Part shown: one piece after another, positions 24,490 through 36,325 of the stretch
Numbering within the stretch: position 1 is the stretch's first letter
How the letters are laid out: each line of letters opens with the position of its first letter
Source of the DNA: Vicugna vicugna
Lineage: Eukaryota
Assembly: GCA_013265495.1 (NCBI GenBank)
Contig: MU058065.1
Location: 2,333,003-2,397,002 of the forward strand
DNA length: 64,000 nucleotides
Direction of reading: 5' to 3'
Position numbers and translations under genes: made by a program
The notes under the pieces: generated by a model
What the model was told of the DNA's origin: nothing
Database searches by the model: none
Seen by the model: only the letters and a program-made list of their open reading frames with translations

Positions 24490-26112
24490 GTATCCTTCCC
24501 CCGGCGGGACCGGCTCCTGCCTCGCGCCTGTGTCTCAGTGGGCGGTTGAGAATCTGATCACAAATTGCTAACGAGATCCAAAGACTCAGTGATTTCTACA
24601 TATTTCACATCATAAAATCGAAGAATTTCTCTCTCTGCTTTTCTTTAGTATAAAATTGTTTTATTAAAAAAAAATAACTAATTGAATTGCCTTTCTCTGG
24701 TGGGAGGTGCTGTATGTGTTTTAACACAATCTTGAAAAGCCTAAACTTCACTAATGCGAACTCCTCCCTTCACTCTTTGGATTTTCAGAGTGAAAGAAAA
24801 GACTTTGTGTTGTACAAAGAAAGGGGGGAAAAAAGAATGGATCTTCTAGTATTAGATTATTTGCAGACCCTGCAAGAAAATGTACTAACGGTCTGTGATC
24901 CTGGAGTTCATACATGCACTACAAGGAATTTTATAGATTTTTGGTGTGTGTTTGGAGAGAGTTCATAATCCTTAGAATGCTCCCAGGGGTGCCTCAGGAT
25001 CACCCAAATGTTCAGAAATTGCTGCTCTAAATTTTTTCTATGAAATTTCTTTCACGTAGCGCTTGCTCTTGCTTAAGGCTGCTGTGGGAGCTGTGTATCT
25101 CAGTGACCGGGCGCTCAGGGCCGTCCTCGACAGGCAATTACCCCACGGTCATTTCTCTTTCAGACTTGGACGTCTGGTGAAGTAGAATTCCCTTCTTCCA
25201 TTGAAAGCCTTCATAAAAAATGTTTGCCACAAATGCGTGCACAGCATGAGACGTTTAACACGCGCGGTACACTTTAGAATCAAACAAGGGAAACATTCTC
25301 AGATGTGTCATGTGCTGAATAATTAGATGTGTCACGTGCTAAATCAGTTTTTCTGTTACGTGGTGGGCCTTCACACGCCTTGATAGAAAATGTCCCAGAA
25401 TCACAAAGTCATGGCCCAGCCTGCCGTCCTCATTGTGACCTGTGTTTTGGAATTAAAATAGTAGTTATCCTCTTGTGTATGAACTGCTGATCTGCCACTG
25501 ACTTCTATGGCCACAAAGTGACCGAGAGAGTAATGAGTTGTTACCAATACTTTATATATTTTTTAAATTTTAAATTTACTACTACCCCAGATAACTGCCT
25601 CTCGGATGATTAAAGTTAAGCTCTCCACAGCAATTTAAAGTAAACCATCCTCTTCACTTAAAGCTCAATCATCTGGGCCCAGAAGAAAGATGGGTTCATG
25701 TCTGTATTTAATTTCTAGAGCTATTTCATGAATAGCCATTTTCTCCCAGTTCTTTCTTGCTGTTTTCATTGTTAAGTATTGTACTTTTTAACATTTTATG
25801 ATAATTGGATTATACCTACTTGCTCTTAGGTCTGTCTTCTCTATCAGCTCTTATCTTTTTTATTGCCAATTCCTACGATGTTGGTTGGAATGGTAGCAAG
25901 TACTCAGTGAATTCTCGTTGAATGAATATTAATTTTGCTGATTATTCTAGCTTAAAACATTTTTTCCTTCAATATTTACATGTGTGATTTTCAGTCGGGT
26001 CTTTCTTTTCTCATAGTTTTAGATTTTGTGCTTATTCTCTTTAAAATGTGCATTTTCTGTTTTATAACTTTGAGATGGGTTGTGTTGTATATCCTTGACT
26101 GCTTCTCCACAG
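24490..26112 (+). other. WDFY1: U12-type (minor spliceosome) GT-AG intron 5 of WDFY1
   Basis: 5' splice site GTATCCTTC; branch point TCCTTGAC at 26092-26099 with the A 14 nt upstream of the last intron base; short 3' end cttctccacag; CA+A rebuilds the Gln codon in frame. Confidence 0.92.
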
Positions 26113-26225
26113 ATACGATTTTGATACTCAGTATGCTTTTGTTGGAGATTATTCTGGACAGATCACCCTGCTGAAGCTTGAACAGAGCACCTGTTCAGTT
26201 ATTACAGCCCTTAAAGGACATGAAG
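26113..26225 (+). CDS. WDFY1: WDFY1 coding exon 6 (113 nt)
   Basis: ccacag acceptor; (Q)YDFDTQYAFVGDYSGQITLLKLEQSTCSVITALKGHE(G); donor G|gtaggg. Confidence 0.96.
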
Positions 26226-26769
26226 GTAGGCTGTAGAGTCACCCCCGGTTTTCACTTAATTGGGGCTCTTGAATTTAGTTCTCAGCTCTGTGGCTTCACG
26301 AATGATCAGCTCCTTATGATCTGTCAGATTTCATTTTGATTGTCCAGATATGGGATTTCAATCTCAAAAAGATCTTGAAGAGTGAGGACTAAGTGAAGAC
26401 AAGGGGTTGGGTTGGGTTTCGTTTTGTCAAAATCCCTTCCAGATTGCTTGTGTGGATAATACTTTCTGTTTTGTCTACCTTTTTCAATCAAATTATTTTC
26501 AGAAGACCTTTTAAAATTTCTTATAAATGGTAAGACTTTTGGAAGACTGTTATTGCTGTTTTAAATTTGTCACTTTCTAGGGCACTGAGCAAGACCTGGT
26601 AGGTCAGTACAATTAGAAGAAATGTGTAGCCTGGTTCTCTCTACTTGGAAAATATCCCCTGGGGAGGGACTGAAGGGAAAGAATGACTGGGTGGAATTCT
26701 GTTATTCCTGTAGTTTGGTGATTTGGCAAAGCTTTGTGGAAAGGTTTTAAAACTCAATCAGCTGGGCAG

Positions 26770-27035
26770 TGGGAAGGGATAAACTAGGAGTTTGGGATTA
26801 ACAGATACATACTATATATAAATACAAATAATATAAATATACACACACACTATATGTATAAAATAGAGAAACAATGAGGAAATACTGTATAGCCCAGGGA
26901 ACTATACTCAATTTCTTGTAATAACCTATAATGGAAAAGAATCTGAAAAAGAATGTATATGTGTAACTGAGTCACTTTGTTGTACACCTGAAACATTGTA
27001 AATCAATTATACCTCAATACAAAAAATAAAAAATA
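26770..27035 (+). mobile_element. 5'-truncated cetartiodactyl-type L1 3' end
   Basis: gggataaactaggagtttgggattaacagatac...actgtatagcccagggaactatactcaa...cactttgttgtacacctgaaac...A-tail. Confidence 0.85.
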
Positions 27036-28372
27036 AGCTCAATATATCAAGTCAAAAAAACTCAGTTGACAATATTGAGTAAGAAATTAGAAGCTGTGAG
27101 GCCATCTGGTTCAGACTGAAGAACTGGGGTTTTGTTGAAGGAATTAATGTTGGACTTGTTTATGAAGATAGTGTTTTAAGTATGGCGAATTAAATGTCCT
27201 CCATAGCTAACCTAGTTTAGTTAAGACGAGTCTAACAGATCAGGGACCTTGCAGAGGAGAAGGGAGCCGAGGACAGTGAGGTTGAATAGTCTGGGCAGGA
27301 AAGCTCCGTCCCTGCAGAAGCCACTTTTTGTTTGTGACTCATGGTCTCGTGACCCCCGGTCTCTTAAATGTCCTCTGCGTTGCTGAGGGCCGAATGGATT
27401 CTGATAATTACTGAGCAGTGTTCACAGAGAAGGCGCTTGCTTGTATCCTCTTAGGCCTCCAGCTGTAGCTCATGGGGCACAGGGTCACCCAGGGTCAGCA
27501 TTTCTGCAGAATTGATCCCCGAAGCTGGTTTCTGCACAATACTTCTCTTTTCACTTTTGTTGAGGTCTGTGAGAAGCTAGTCTCATAGTTTTGACTATGG
27601 CTTTCTCAATTTTATATATACTCCCCCAAAATATTATTAGCTTGTGTGGCTGGTTGAGTTTTATTAAGTTTACTAATAATATTTTTCTGGGTAAGCAGTA
27701 ATCAATGGAACAATGAAGAGATCTGTTGAAACAAATCTGTAGAAAGAAAGATTTTTTTCCAACGGTATCAAATTTGGTAAGTTTAGCCAGTATAGAAGTG
27801 TGAAATGTAGGGTTTGGATTTTTTACCTAAATTCTCCGGCATAATTGTGTGGATTGCTTGTCACTGTGGAAACAGTGAAAAGGATACTACAGATCTTTTT
27901 TTTTTCTTTCTGAGACACGTAATTTAATTTTCTTAAGCGTAGGCATTCTGGACTAAAACACCTGCAAGGTCCCAGAGACCCAGACTACTCTAGATTTTTA
28001 TCTTATGTAAGATAACCGTGGAAAACTTTACTGCCTTTTCTCATGAAATATTAGTAGCTATTTTTTTTCCTCTTCAAAAGCTTTTTCTTAACTAACCCTC
28101 ATATACAGCTGCCTTATCATTTTTTGATGTAGACAAGGAAAATCTTTAAACACCTTTGAGTTCAAAGTAGCCTGATGGACAATTGAAAATCCTAATCTTG
28201 CAGCTCGGAATGATGGATGCTCTGTGTCTTCTCTGTGACCCACGATAAAGCCCCTTTGTACAGAGAAGATATGTTTTACTTAAAGACTCAGCTGGTCCTA
28301 GATCGGTCTTCTGCTGTCAGATGTGTATGTCCTAACGTAGATTCATGTTTCCCCTCCCTCTCTCGCCCCTAG

Positions 28373-28499
28373 GTGGTGTCGCCTGCCTCTGGTGGGAGCC
28401 TGTTCAACGGTTACTCTTCTCAGGAGCCTCTGACAACAGCATCATCGTGTGGGACATTGGAGGGAGGAAAGGCCGCACGCTCTTGCTCCAGGGCCATCA
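28373..28499 (+). CDS. WDFY1: WDFY1 coding exon 7 (127 nt)
   Basis: cccctag acceptor; (G)GVACLWWEPVQRLLFSGASDNSIIVWDIGGRKGRTLLLQGH(H); WD40 GH...WD motif; donor CA|gtgcgt. Confidence 0.96.
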
Positions 28500-29590
28500 G
28501 TGCGTGGCTGTCTGTGGGAGGGGGGAGGAATCTGAGCCGGGGCGAGCTGCGGGAGGCGTTAGTGTTCTGAGACCACGTTCTCCAAACCCAATCTTTTAAG
28601 ATGGCCATTTGGCAGGGCTCACTGGGTCTGCTTCCAACTGCTTTTCTGTTCGTCCTGAGCGTCTGGTGTTTTGTAGCAAAAACAGGCCAGGGTTTTCTTC
28701 CTTCTTGGTCCAAAGAGCACTTCCCACCTTTCTCTCCCAAGGAGTCACCCACATTGAAACGTCTGCTGGAGGCAGACGTGGATTAGATACCACGGGTGAG
28801 GACTCGGACCACGAAAGATTGCGTGCAGTGTGCTATTACGCCATTCCCGAACTGGTTGCCTCACTCTTTTTTTTTTTTTAATTCTAAAGGGTACTTCATT
28901 AAGAAGTAAGGTTTGATTTGACACAGTTGCATTCACCTCAGCTATGACACTAATACTCAGGCTTTTGCTGGCTAGTCTTGAAAGGAAAAGGAACCCTTTC
29001 CCCCTTGTTTTTGGTTAGGCTGTCACTGTTAACTGAGCAGAATCAAGCTGAAAAGTAGCCAAGGAAAGGGAAGGTTCTCCGCACAAGCCTGCGTGTCTGG
29101 AGATGGTTTCCTAGGGCGTCCAGAGGGGGCAGATTCTTCACCCCGTCAGTGTGTGTCTGCATGTGTGACTGCACGTGTGTGCGTGCCCACCAGTATCTCC
29201 CTGTGTTCGATTACGTGTTCTTACGGATTATGTTCCAGTAAGGGACTTACACACCCTTTAAGATTTACCTACTTGTTCAGAAACATTCTTGTGCACCTGA
29301 AAAGGAATCATGGTGACTGGTCCAGAAAACCATAGTCATCACCTCACCTCTGACCTGCAGCTCTTAATGATTGGAAAATAGTAGTGTTTATTTCATAGAA
29401 ACTATTTTTCTGTGTAGTAAGTTACAGGATACCAATGAAAGTTTATATTGGGGTGCAGATTACCATACCAAACAGTCAGGGATAAAATGCCAGTTGCTGA
29501 TTCCAGCGAGGGGAGAGACTGGAGCCTGCATGGGGATGGTTTCTGCGTTTCCCACACTGAGACACGTGACTGTGTGTGTGCTGTTTGCAG

Positions 29591-29696
29591 TGACCGGGTG
29601 CAGTCGCTGTGTTACCTTCAGCTCACGAGGCAGCTGGTCTCCTGCTCTTCGGATGGCGGGATTGCAGTGTGGAACATGGACGTCAGCAGAGAGGAG
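29591..29696 (+). CDS. WDFY1: WDFY1 coding exon 8 (106 nt)
   Basis: tttgcag acceptor; (H)DRVQSLCYLQLTRQLVSCSSDGGIAVWNMDVSREE; donor gtgaga. Confidence 0.96.
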
Positions 29697-32600
29697 GTGA
29701 GAGGGCCAGGCAGGGCTGATGGGGAGAGGTCCCCAAACCTGCTTCTCGCTTTTCCACCCGCTGGCTGGAGTTGCCGACCGAGGTGAGGTGGTCCCGGGGC
29801 CTCATGCTCGTGCTTGTTGATTTTGGTCCGATGAGGTTTTTCATGTGTGTCACTTTGCCCTGCATTCTCTACTCGTTGGAGAGTTTCCGCAGCGGCAGGC
29901 AGTCCACACAGCCTGGCATGTGAAACAAGTCAGATGGATGAAATCTTGACTGCGTGTCTACTGGTTAATTTCTCTTTTTGGTTTTTCTAAAAATCTATTG
30001 GTAAGCCTTAGAGTAACTCATTAACTAAATGTATGTAACATTGGCTCAGCATTACAGAATGTGTCGTATTTTCTTTGCAAAGGTTTATTTGAATTATGCA
30101 TTATCTTTGTCAACCACTAGTTACATGCCACAGTGACAGCTAGAGAACTGTTCTGTTTCCTGGACTCTCGGCCTGTTGTTTTTCAATCTTATTCTGAGAA
30201 AGCAGAAGACTCAGAGAGAGGATGTGTTCCCTGGATCGTGACGGGGGAGGAAGCCCCTGGGGCCCGATGCTGGTAGTGGCTCTTGTAAGGGTTTAACCGT
30301 AGTCATTCAATCCACTAGTCTCATCCTCTGTAAGTTCTTTCCGAAGAAGAAGAAACTAGGAGCAGCGTCCTTTCCTTCCAGATTATGTGAGTGTGGAACT
30401 TGTTTGTCCCTCTCGGGAAAGAAAAGACAGTCCTGTCACTCAAGGTGCTTCCTGTGTTCAGGGCGACTCTTTTCCGTTGAGTCATTTACGCAAGGGTACC
30501 CCACATCATGTGCAAACTGGCTGGGAACACATTTTGCTCTACCAGCTTCTGTCTCAGTTGGTGGTGTTGGTGGGAAAGAAAATTATCTCAGAAACATACA
30601 ATATTTTTGTAGGCTTTTTAAAATTTTTTTAAACCAGCTGAGTTAATGTTAGTGCGAGAGCAAGTGGCCTGTGATCTGTTAGATTCTCAAGCTAGGGCTT
30701 TGTGCAGTTTGTACGATTTCCTTAGGGATGGGGGTAGCGGATTAATCCTAGACTTTCTAGCCCCACAGGGCTGGCCTGGAATTTCTTTCTAACTCACTGG
30801 AAACACCGAGGGGAGCGTTCCTGCCCCACAGAAGCCGTCGGCCACCACTGGCAGGTTGGAAGCAAATCTGCCTCCTTGTCAGATCGTAATTAGGGGACTC
30901 CTTTGGGGAAGCAGGCACGAAACATAAATGAGCAAGTAACGGTAATTAGGATGAATCCTCTTGAAATAAGAACTTCATTTTGAGCTAGTAGATCACAGAA
31001 CATACACTATTTTATACATTAGCGCAAAGGAGACCCACGCACCGGTCGGTAGCAGCAGTGCAGTGGGGCTATTCTTGTTACATCATCTTTGTCCAGTTAG
31101 GCCGATGGAGCAAGATGTGGAAAAGAGAATGAAACAGTCAGAATACGTAATTAATGTTCTCTTTTGCTCTTATCAGCACAAGAGAAAGCTTTTTCTCCTT
31201 AGAGGATCAACGTTTAAGAGGATGGTTCATGATGGCTTACGCATAACACTTAATCCTATTAAGAGAAACAAAGTTGTGGGTGTTTCTTATATTGAAATGT
31301 GCTCCAAAAAGTCTGTACTTCTGAGTTTGTTGTTTAGTTTGTTATCTCAAAATATTTGAAGCCTGTTTTTCTTCCCTTGCTCCCCTCTGTCCCCCAGCTC
31401 AGCCAAGCGACAGTTTCCTAGCCCCTAGACAGAACTGTGCTCCCTGAGGGCAGGAACTCAGTCTCTTGGTTATGAAACTCCAGAGATGTGTTTGGAGACC
31501 CTCACATGTTGAGATGAACAGGACCACTCACAGAGGCTGGATAGAGCAGAGTGGACATGCCCAGGGATGGGCTGGACTCCTGGATCTCCTGGGGTCTCCA
31601 GCCACTAACTGACCACGGACAGTGGCTTCAGTCTCTGAGCCCCGGTTTCTTTGCCTGTAAATGGGGGAGAAAGTTACTGCGTCTCCTAGGTGTTGTAGAA
31701 AATTAAGCAAAATGAGGCATATAGCACAGTTGGCACACTGCTGGACTCCTGTGACACTCGCTGGACCAGGCAGGACGCAGAATGCTTCCCAGATAAACTC
31801 ATTTAGTCCCCAGGACCTCACGAGGCGTAGACTCATACTCCAACGTCGCTGCCGTGAAAGCATTTCTGCACTGGTTTTGTTCCATGTGACTGTCCCGCAT
31901 TTGTCGCAAACATAGGACTCGGTGGTGGTACCTGCTTTTCTTCCCCCTGCAATTCAGTGTCCCCATGTTGTTGGCAGCAGGGCGTGCCCTGTCGCTGCAT
32001 CCCCCATTCTCCTGCAGGGACGTTCACAGGCAGTGTTCTTAACCACCTTCTCTCTTCATTGCGTCAGTTGTTTAAAGAAACCTCTCTTGTGTCTCGGCCC
32101 ACTCAGTCTGTTTGTGAGTGCGTAACCCCCTGCCCCCAACAGAAAGACCTTTGTGGCGGCTGTCACGTGTAGAAATATTTCTAGTGCCATGTCTAAAGTA
32201 AGGAGTAGGAAAGCCAAAAGTTTTGCTGCAAGAGGAAACAAAAGAAGTAAGGGCACTTGTTTAGACCGCCCGGAGTCCCTTTCGAGTTACCGTGCAGCTG
32301 TCCATCTTCACTGCGTATTTTACGAGTCAGTACAGTATGGTTTCTCTGATTCTCTCATCCTTGCCTCCTCTTTTCAGATAGGTTTTTCTTGAGCGTTAAC
32401 TTTCCAGATCAAGAAAAGATTATTTCTTACTGCATAAGCTTTGGTTTAGTTTCATGAACATTAGTATTTTCTAGTATTTTTATTGCACACATGTGATAAG
32501 TGATTGAGGTTAAATAGATTTTTAACGAGTTCATTTTGTAATCGAGTACAACTTACAATGTTTTATTTAGAAATAACATTTTCTAAGTTCTCAGTTATTT

Positions 32601-33235
32601 CAAGACTTTCACTTCCCTGTTTCAACATAAATTCGCTGAGAACCTACCCCTGTGATAGGCTAAATATATATAAAGATGAAAAGACCAACGAATAACTCCT
32701 AGGTTAGTGGTGGGGGAAGAGATGTGCGTAAAGAAGTACAGTGCAGAGACATCACTGCTAGAGTCGGGGTCTGTAGGCTGGCGTGCGGGCACAGGGGTCC
32801 ACTCATGAGGGCTGAATGAGGGTGGGGGTGGCAGATCTGTCTGACGTGATGCCCACCCAGAAGAACTCTTGTGAGCCCACAAACTAAGTGGTAGTTCACC
32901 AGATTCTTAAAGAAAGGTTTTTGCTCAATTTAATACAGATGTCAAACAACTTGGGCATAAAAAAGAAACACATAAGGCAACTCTTAAGAATTCATAATGT
33001 GAATTAAATTACTCCCTCCTATCTATAGATTAAAAATTGAACAATCCTGAAAACATGGCTAAAACGATACAGATTACTGAAAACACAAACATAATATTGA
33101 ATATGCCACAGCTATGATATATTGAGGGATTAAAAAAAATGATAACCCCAATACGGTCTAGAACTGCTGTAGTTCTGAAAACTCCCTGTGAGCAGACAGA
33201 TGCTCTGATGTCGGGTTTGCTTTCTCTTCCCCCAG

Positions 33236-33337
33236 GCTCCTCAGTGGTTAGAAAGCGATTCTTGTCAGAAATGTGAGCAGCCCTTCTTCTGGAATATAAA
33301 GCAGATGTGGGACACGAAGACACTGGGGTTGAGGCAG
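33236..33337 (+). CDS. WDFY1: WDFY1 coding exon 9 (102 nt), N-terminal half of the FYVE domain
   Basis: ttcccccag acceptor; APQWLESDSCQKCEQPFFWNIKQMWDTKTLGLRQ; donor gtgagt. Confidence 0.96.
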
Positions 33338-34866
33338 GTGAGTAGCTGACGTTAATCATATATTTTCTCATTTGTATGATTAGTCTATCATTTTGTTTGG
33401 AATCACACTTTTCCTCCATTTTCGGTGTCATCGTCTCTGTGTGGCTGACAGTGAGCAGGACCTTTCCTTTGGCGACAGTGAGACTGTTACAAACTGTGCC
33501 ATTGCTTGTCCTGTGTTGGAAAAGCAGAGACACACAGAAAACCCCAAGAGCCTATTTGTAAATACATAAAAGATCTCTGAGTTCAGGACTATTACTTGTT
33601 AAACTCAGGGTGTGTAGTAGCCCAGCACAGAATCAGAGTGAACTAGAGCATCTAAGCCTTAGCTTTCACAAGCAGGTAACAAGTAACAGCTTAGCCCTTA
33701 CTGGAATGCTCTGACACTAGGAATTTTAGAGTATTCATGAATTATTCCATGTAGGTGTACCTGGAGCGTTTCTATTAAGCATGTTTCAAGTACCTACTGT
33801 TTTTTGTTTTTTAAAATTAAAGAAACATGTCCCAAGTAGCCTATAGGTTTCAAAGATGCTCTTATCACCAGGTATCCATGCAATACTGCAGTTCTACAAA
33901 ACACACATTTCTACAGCAGCCTTGAAGGTAGCCACTCACTCAGATCGAATATGAATTTGTGCAGTTACGTTCAAAAGAGTGCTGATTTTATTCCTTTTAT
34001 TACTGGTTGCACCTCCCTCAGGGATTGGCTGAAAGTTTGTGTGTTAATAAACCTTCTTTGATTTTACTTACAAAGCTAAAGCTACTCTACCGCAAGGGCA
34101 GATATGAGTCTGGCAGGCAGTGCAGGAATTATTTTTCCACTCGTAACACTCTAATGCTCAGAAATAGCACCTGAATTCCATCCTCAGCCTCATTCTTTCA
34201 GTGCCTGTCTGGTGGCAACTGATGGGTGAAGTAGTCCAAGTTTAGAAGTAGTGCTTCCAAAGAATGAATTCTAATCTTATGAGTTAACAACTAATAGAAG
34301 AGAAAGGAAAGGTGTGGGTCATGAAGCTTTTAGTGGTTAAAAAATATATATAATATATATAAAATATATATATATTTTGACATATATATATATGTCAAAA
34401 GCAGTAATAAATGGACTATTTTGGAATGTTCTTGAAGCTTATTTCCAGGATCACAATGTGAAAGATTAAAGGAAATAGCAAAACATGATTGTGGATATTT
34501 GTTTCTTAATGAAGGAAAATTACATTTAAAACTTTATTTTGAAGCTCTTCTCTGACATAGGAATAAATTCTTCCTTCCTGAAATCTCTAGCCATTTGGGC
34601 TCCTAAATGAGCTTGAATTTGGTTTTCATAATGTTGTTTGTTGCCATCTAGACAGATAGTATGAATGAGTAAAAAGCAGAATTTGCGCAACAACAAAGCA
34701 AGGATATTTGGAAATCCTTGACGGGTATTGAAATGATCTGCCTTTTGCGTGTTAATCGATACATTGAGTCGTGGTTGTAATTCAAGGCACGTCTTCCCCT
34801 ACCCTGAAGGGAAGCCCTGTGCTTGACAGCAGAAGGTAACCGCCTCCTTTTCCTCCCGGGTCACAG

Positions 34867-34997
34867 CATCACTGCAGGAAGTGCGGGCAGGCTGTGTGTG
34901 GGAAGTGCAGCAGCAGGCGCTCCAGCTACCCCGTCATGGGCTTCGAGTTCCAGGTCCGCATGTGCGATTCCTGCTATGACTCCATCAAGGACGAGGA
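34867..34997 (+). CDS. WDFY1: WDFY1 coding exon 10 (131 nt), C-terminal half of the FYVE domain
   Basis: tcacag acceptor; [43 protein letters not shown](D); FYVE HHCRxCG signature; donor GA|gtgagt. Confidence 0.97.
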
Positions 34998-35032
34998 GTG
35001 AGTGTTTGCTTGCCTTCCTGCATGTTCACCTG

Positions 35033-35258
35033 CAGTGCGAGAGCCTGAGAAGGGACACGGGCCGGGGGTTGAGGGCACAGCCCTCCGCACAGTCGGAAGT
35101 CCGGGAGTAACTTAGAGGGGGCCCTCCCGTGCGTGGTTCCTCGGCATCTGTGGTTCAGCGGCTGCAGATCGGGTAGTACTGTGCTATTTACCACTGAGAA
35201 AGATCCAGTGTTAAGTGGACCCATGAAGTTTGAACCCGTGTTGTTCAAGGGTCAAGTG
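35033..35258. mobile_element. Tigger2/MER8-family MITE
   Basis: Ends gtggacccatgaagtttgaacccgtgttgttcaagggtcaagtg-TA, matching the recalled Tigger2 terminal inverted repeat; left end is decayed. Confidence 0.7.
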
Positions 35259-36216
35259 TATTTATACCCACTTGGTCTTGTCTCAGTTTCCTTCTAAAGA
35301 AAGGCTGCTGCCCTAGCTTTATGACTTAAGACAAGTTTCTCCCAAACACTGGGAGGACGGATGCAGCTCAAACCTGTGAGTTGAGTGGCTGTTCTGAGCC
35401 CCTGCGCCGCTCAGGGTGCTGTGAGGGTCAAGGCCATGTGCACACTCTTGGTGGCTGAGCTGGCTCTGCAAAGGCATCCCAGCTTTGACCTTCACTCACA
35501 CATGCTTGGAAATTTTATTAGTGGGAAAATTCTAGAGACAGATGTTCTCTCTTCCACAAAAATCTGACCTAGCCATGTGTCCATAAATAACTATTTGTGT
35601 GTGAGACAAACCTGTCTGGTTTCACATTCTATCCCAAGTCACGTAAATCTATTAAAGCAGAACCAGGATTTTCTTTCCCTTCTTTTTGAATCATCTTTGA
35701 AAGGAATAGACAGGCACACCTTGGCAGAGGCCCCAGTGGGAAAGCTAGTGGGCACCGCTGGTGTCGGTCAGTGACCTGGGGGTGGAGGCTGGTTGGGGCT
35801 GCGGGCTGCAGAGCAGGGCGGGGTGGGCGCAGTGTAGGAGGCCGCTTCTGACCCCGGGGGTCCAGGAGCCCGAGGCCTCCCTGTGAGTGTGTTGCCCACA
35901 ACGTACGATCTCATGCAGTGAAGTTCTCTTCTGTGTTACAGGTCCTTGTTCTCATTTCTAGGAATATATCAGCTTTTCCACTAAGAAAATAAAAATTAGT
36001 TATTTGGGGAGTTTTATAAAATTTTTTATGAAGCAGTCTTGCACCTTATGCTTTCTGTCATCCTTTAATTGTAGTTACTTTCCAACACTGTAGCCACTTT
36101 TTTTGGAGTAAGTTTTGACACTGTTACTGTATTTTCTTTACGTTGCATAGGAAACTTATCCCTTAGCTCTAGCAACAATTAAATGAGTCTTAAATGGTCT
36201 CTTTTCTCTTTGTTAG

Positions 36217-36325
36217 TCGGACTTCTCTAGCAACCTTCCATGAAGGAAAACATAACATCTCCCACATGTCCATGGACGTTGCTAGGGGCCTGATGGTGAC
36301 CTGTGGGACTGATCGCGTGGTGAAG
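36217..36325 (+). CDS. WDFY1: WDFY1 coding exon 11 (109 nt)
   Basis: ctttgttag acceptor; (D)RTSLATFHEGKHNISHMSMDVARGLMVTCGTDRVVK; donor gtaacc. Confidence 0.96.

Noticed and set aside
26089..26096. ATATCCTT just before exon 6 as a second U12 donor
   Set aside because: It overlaps the U12 branch point, which shares the TCCTT core, so the branch point explains it.
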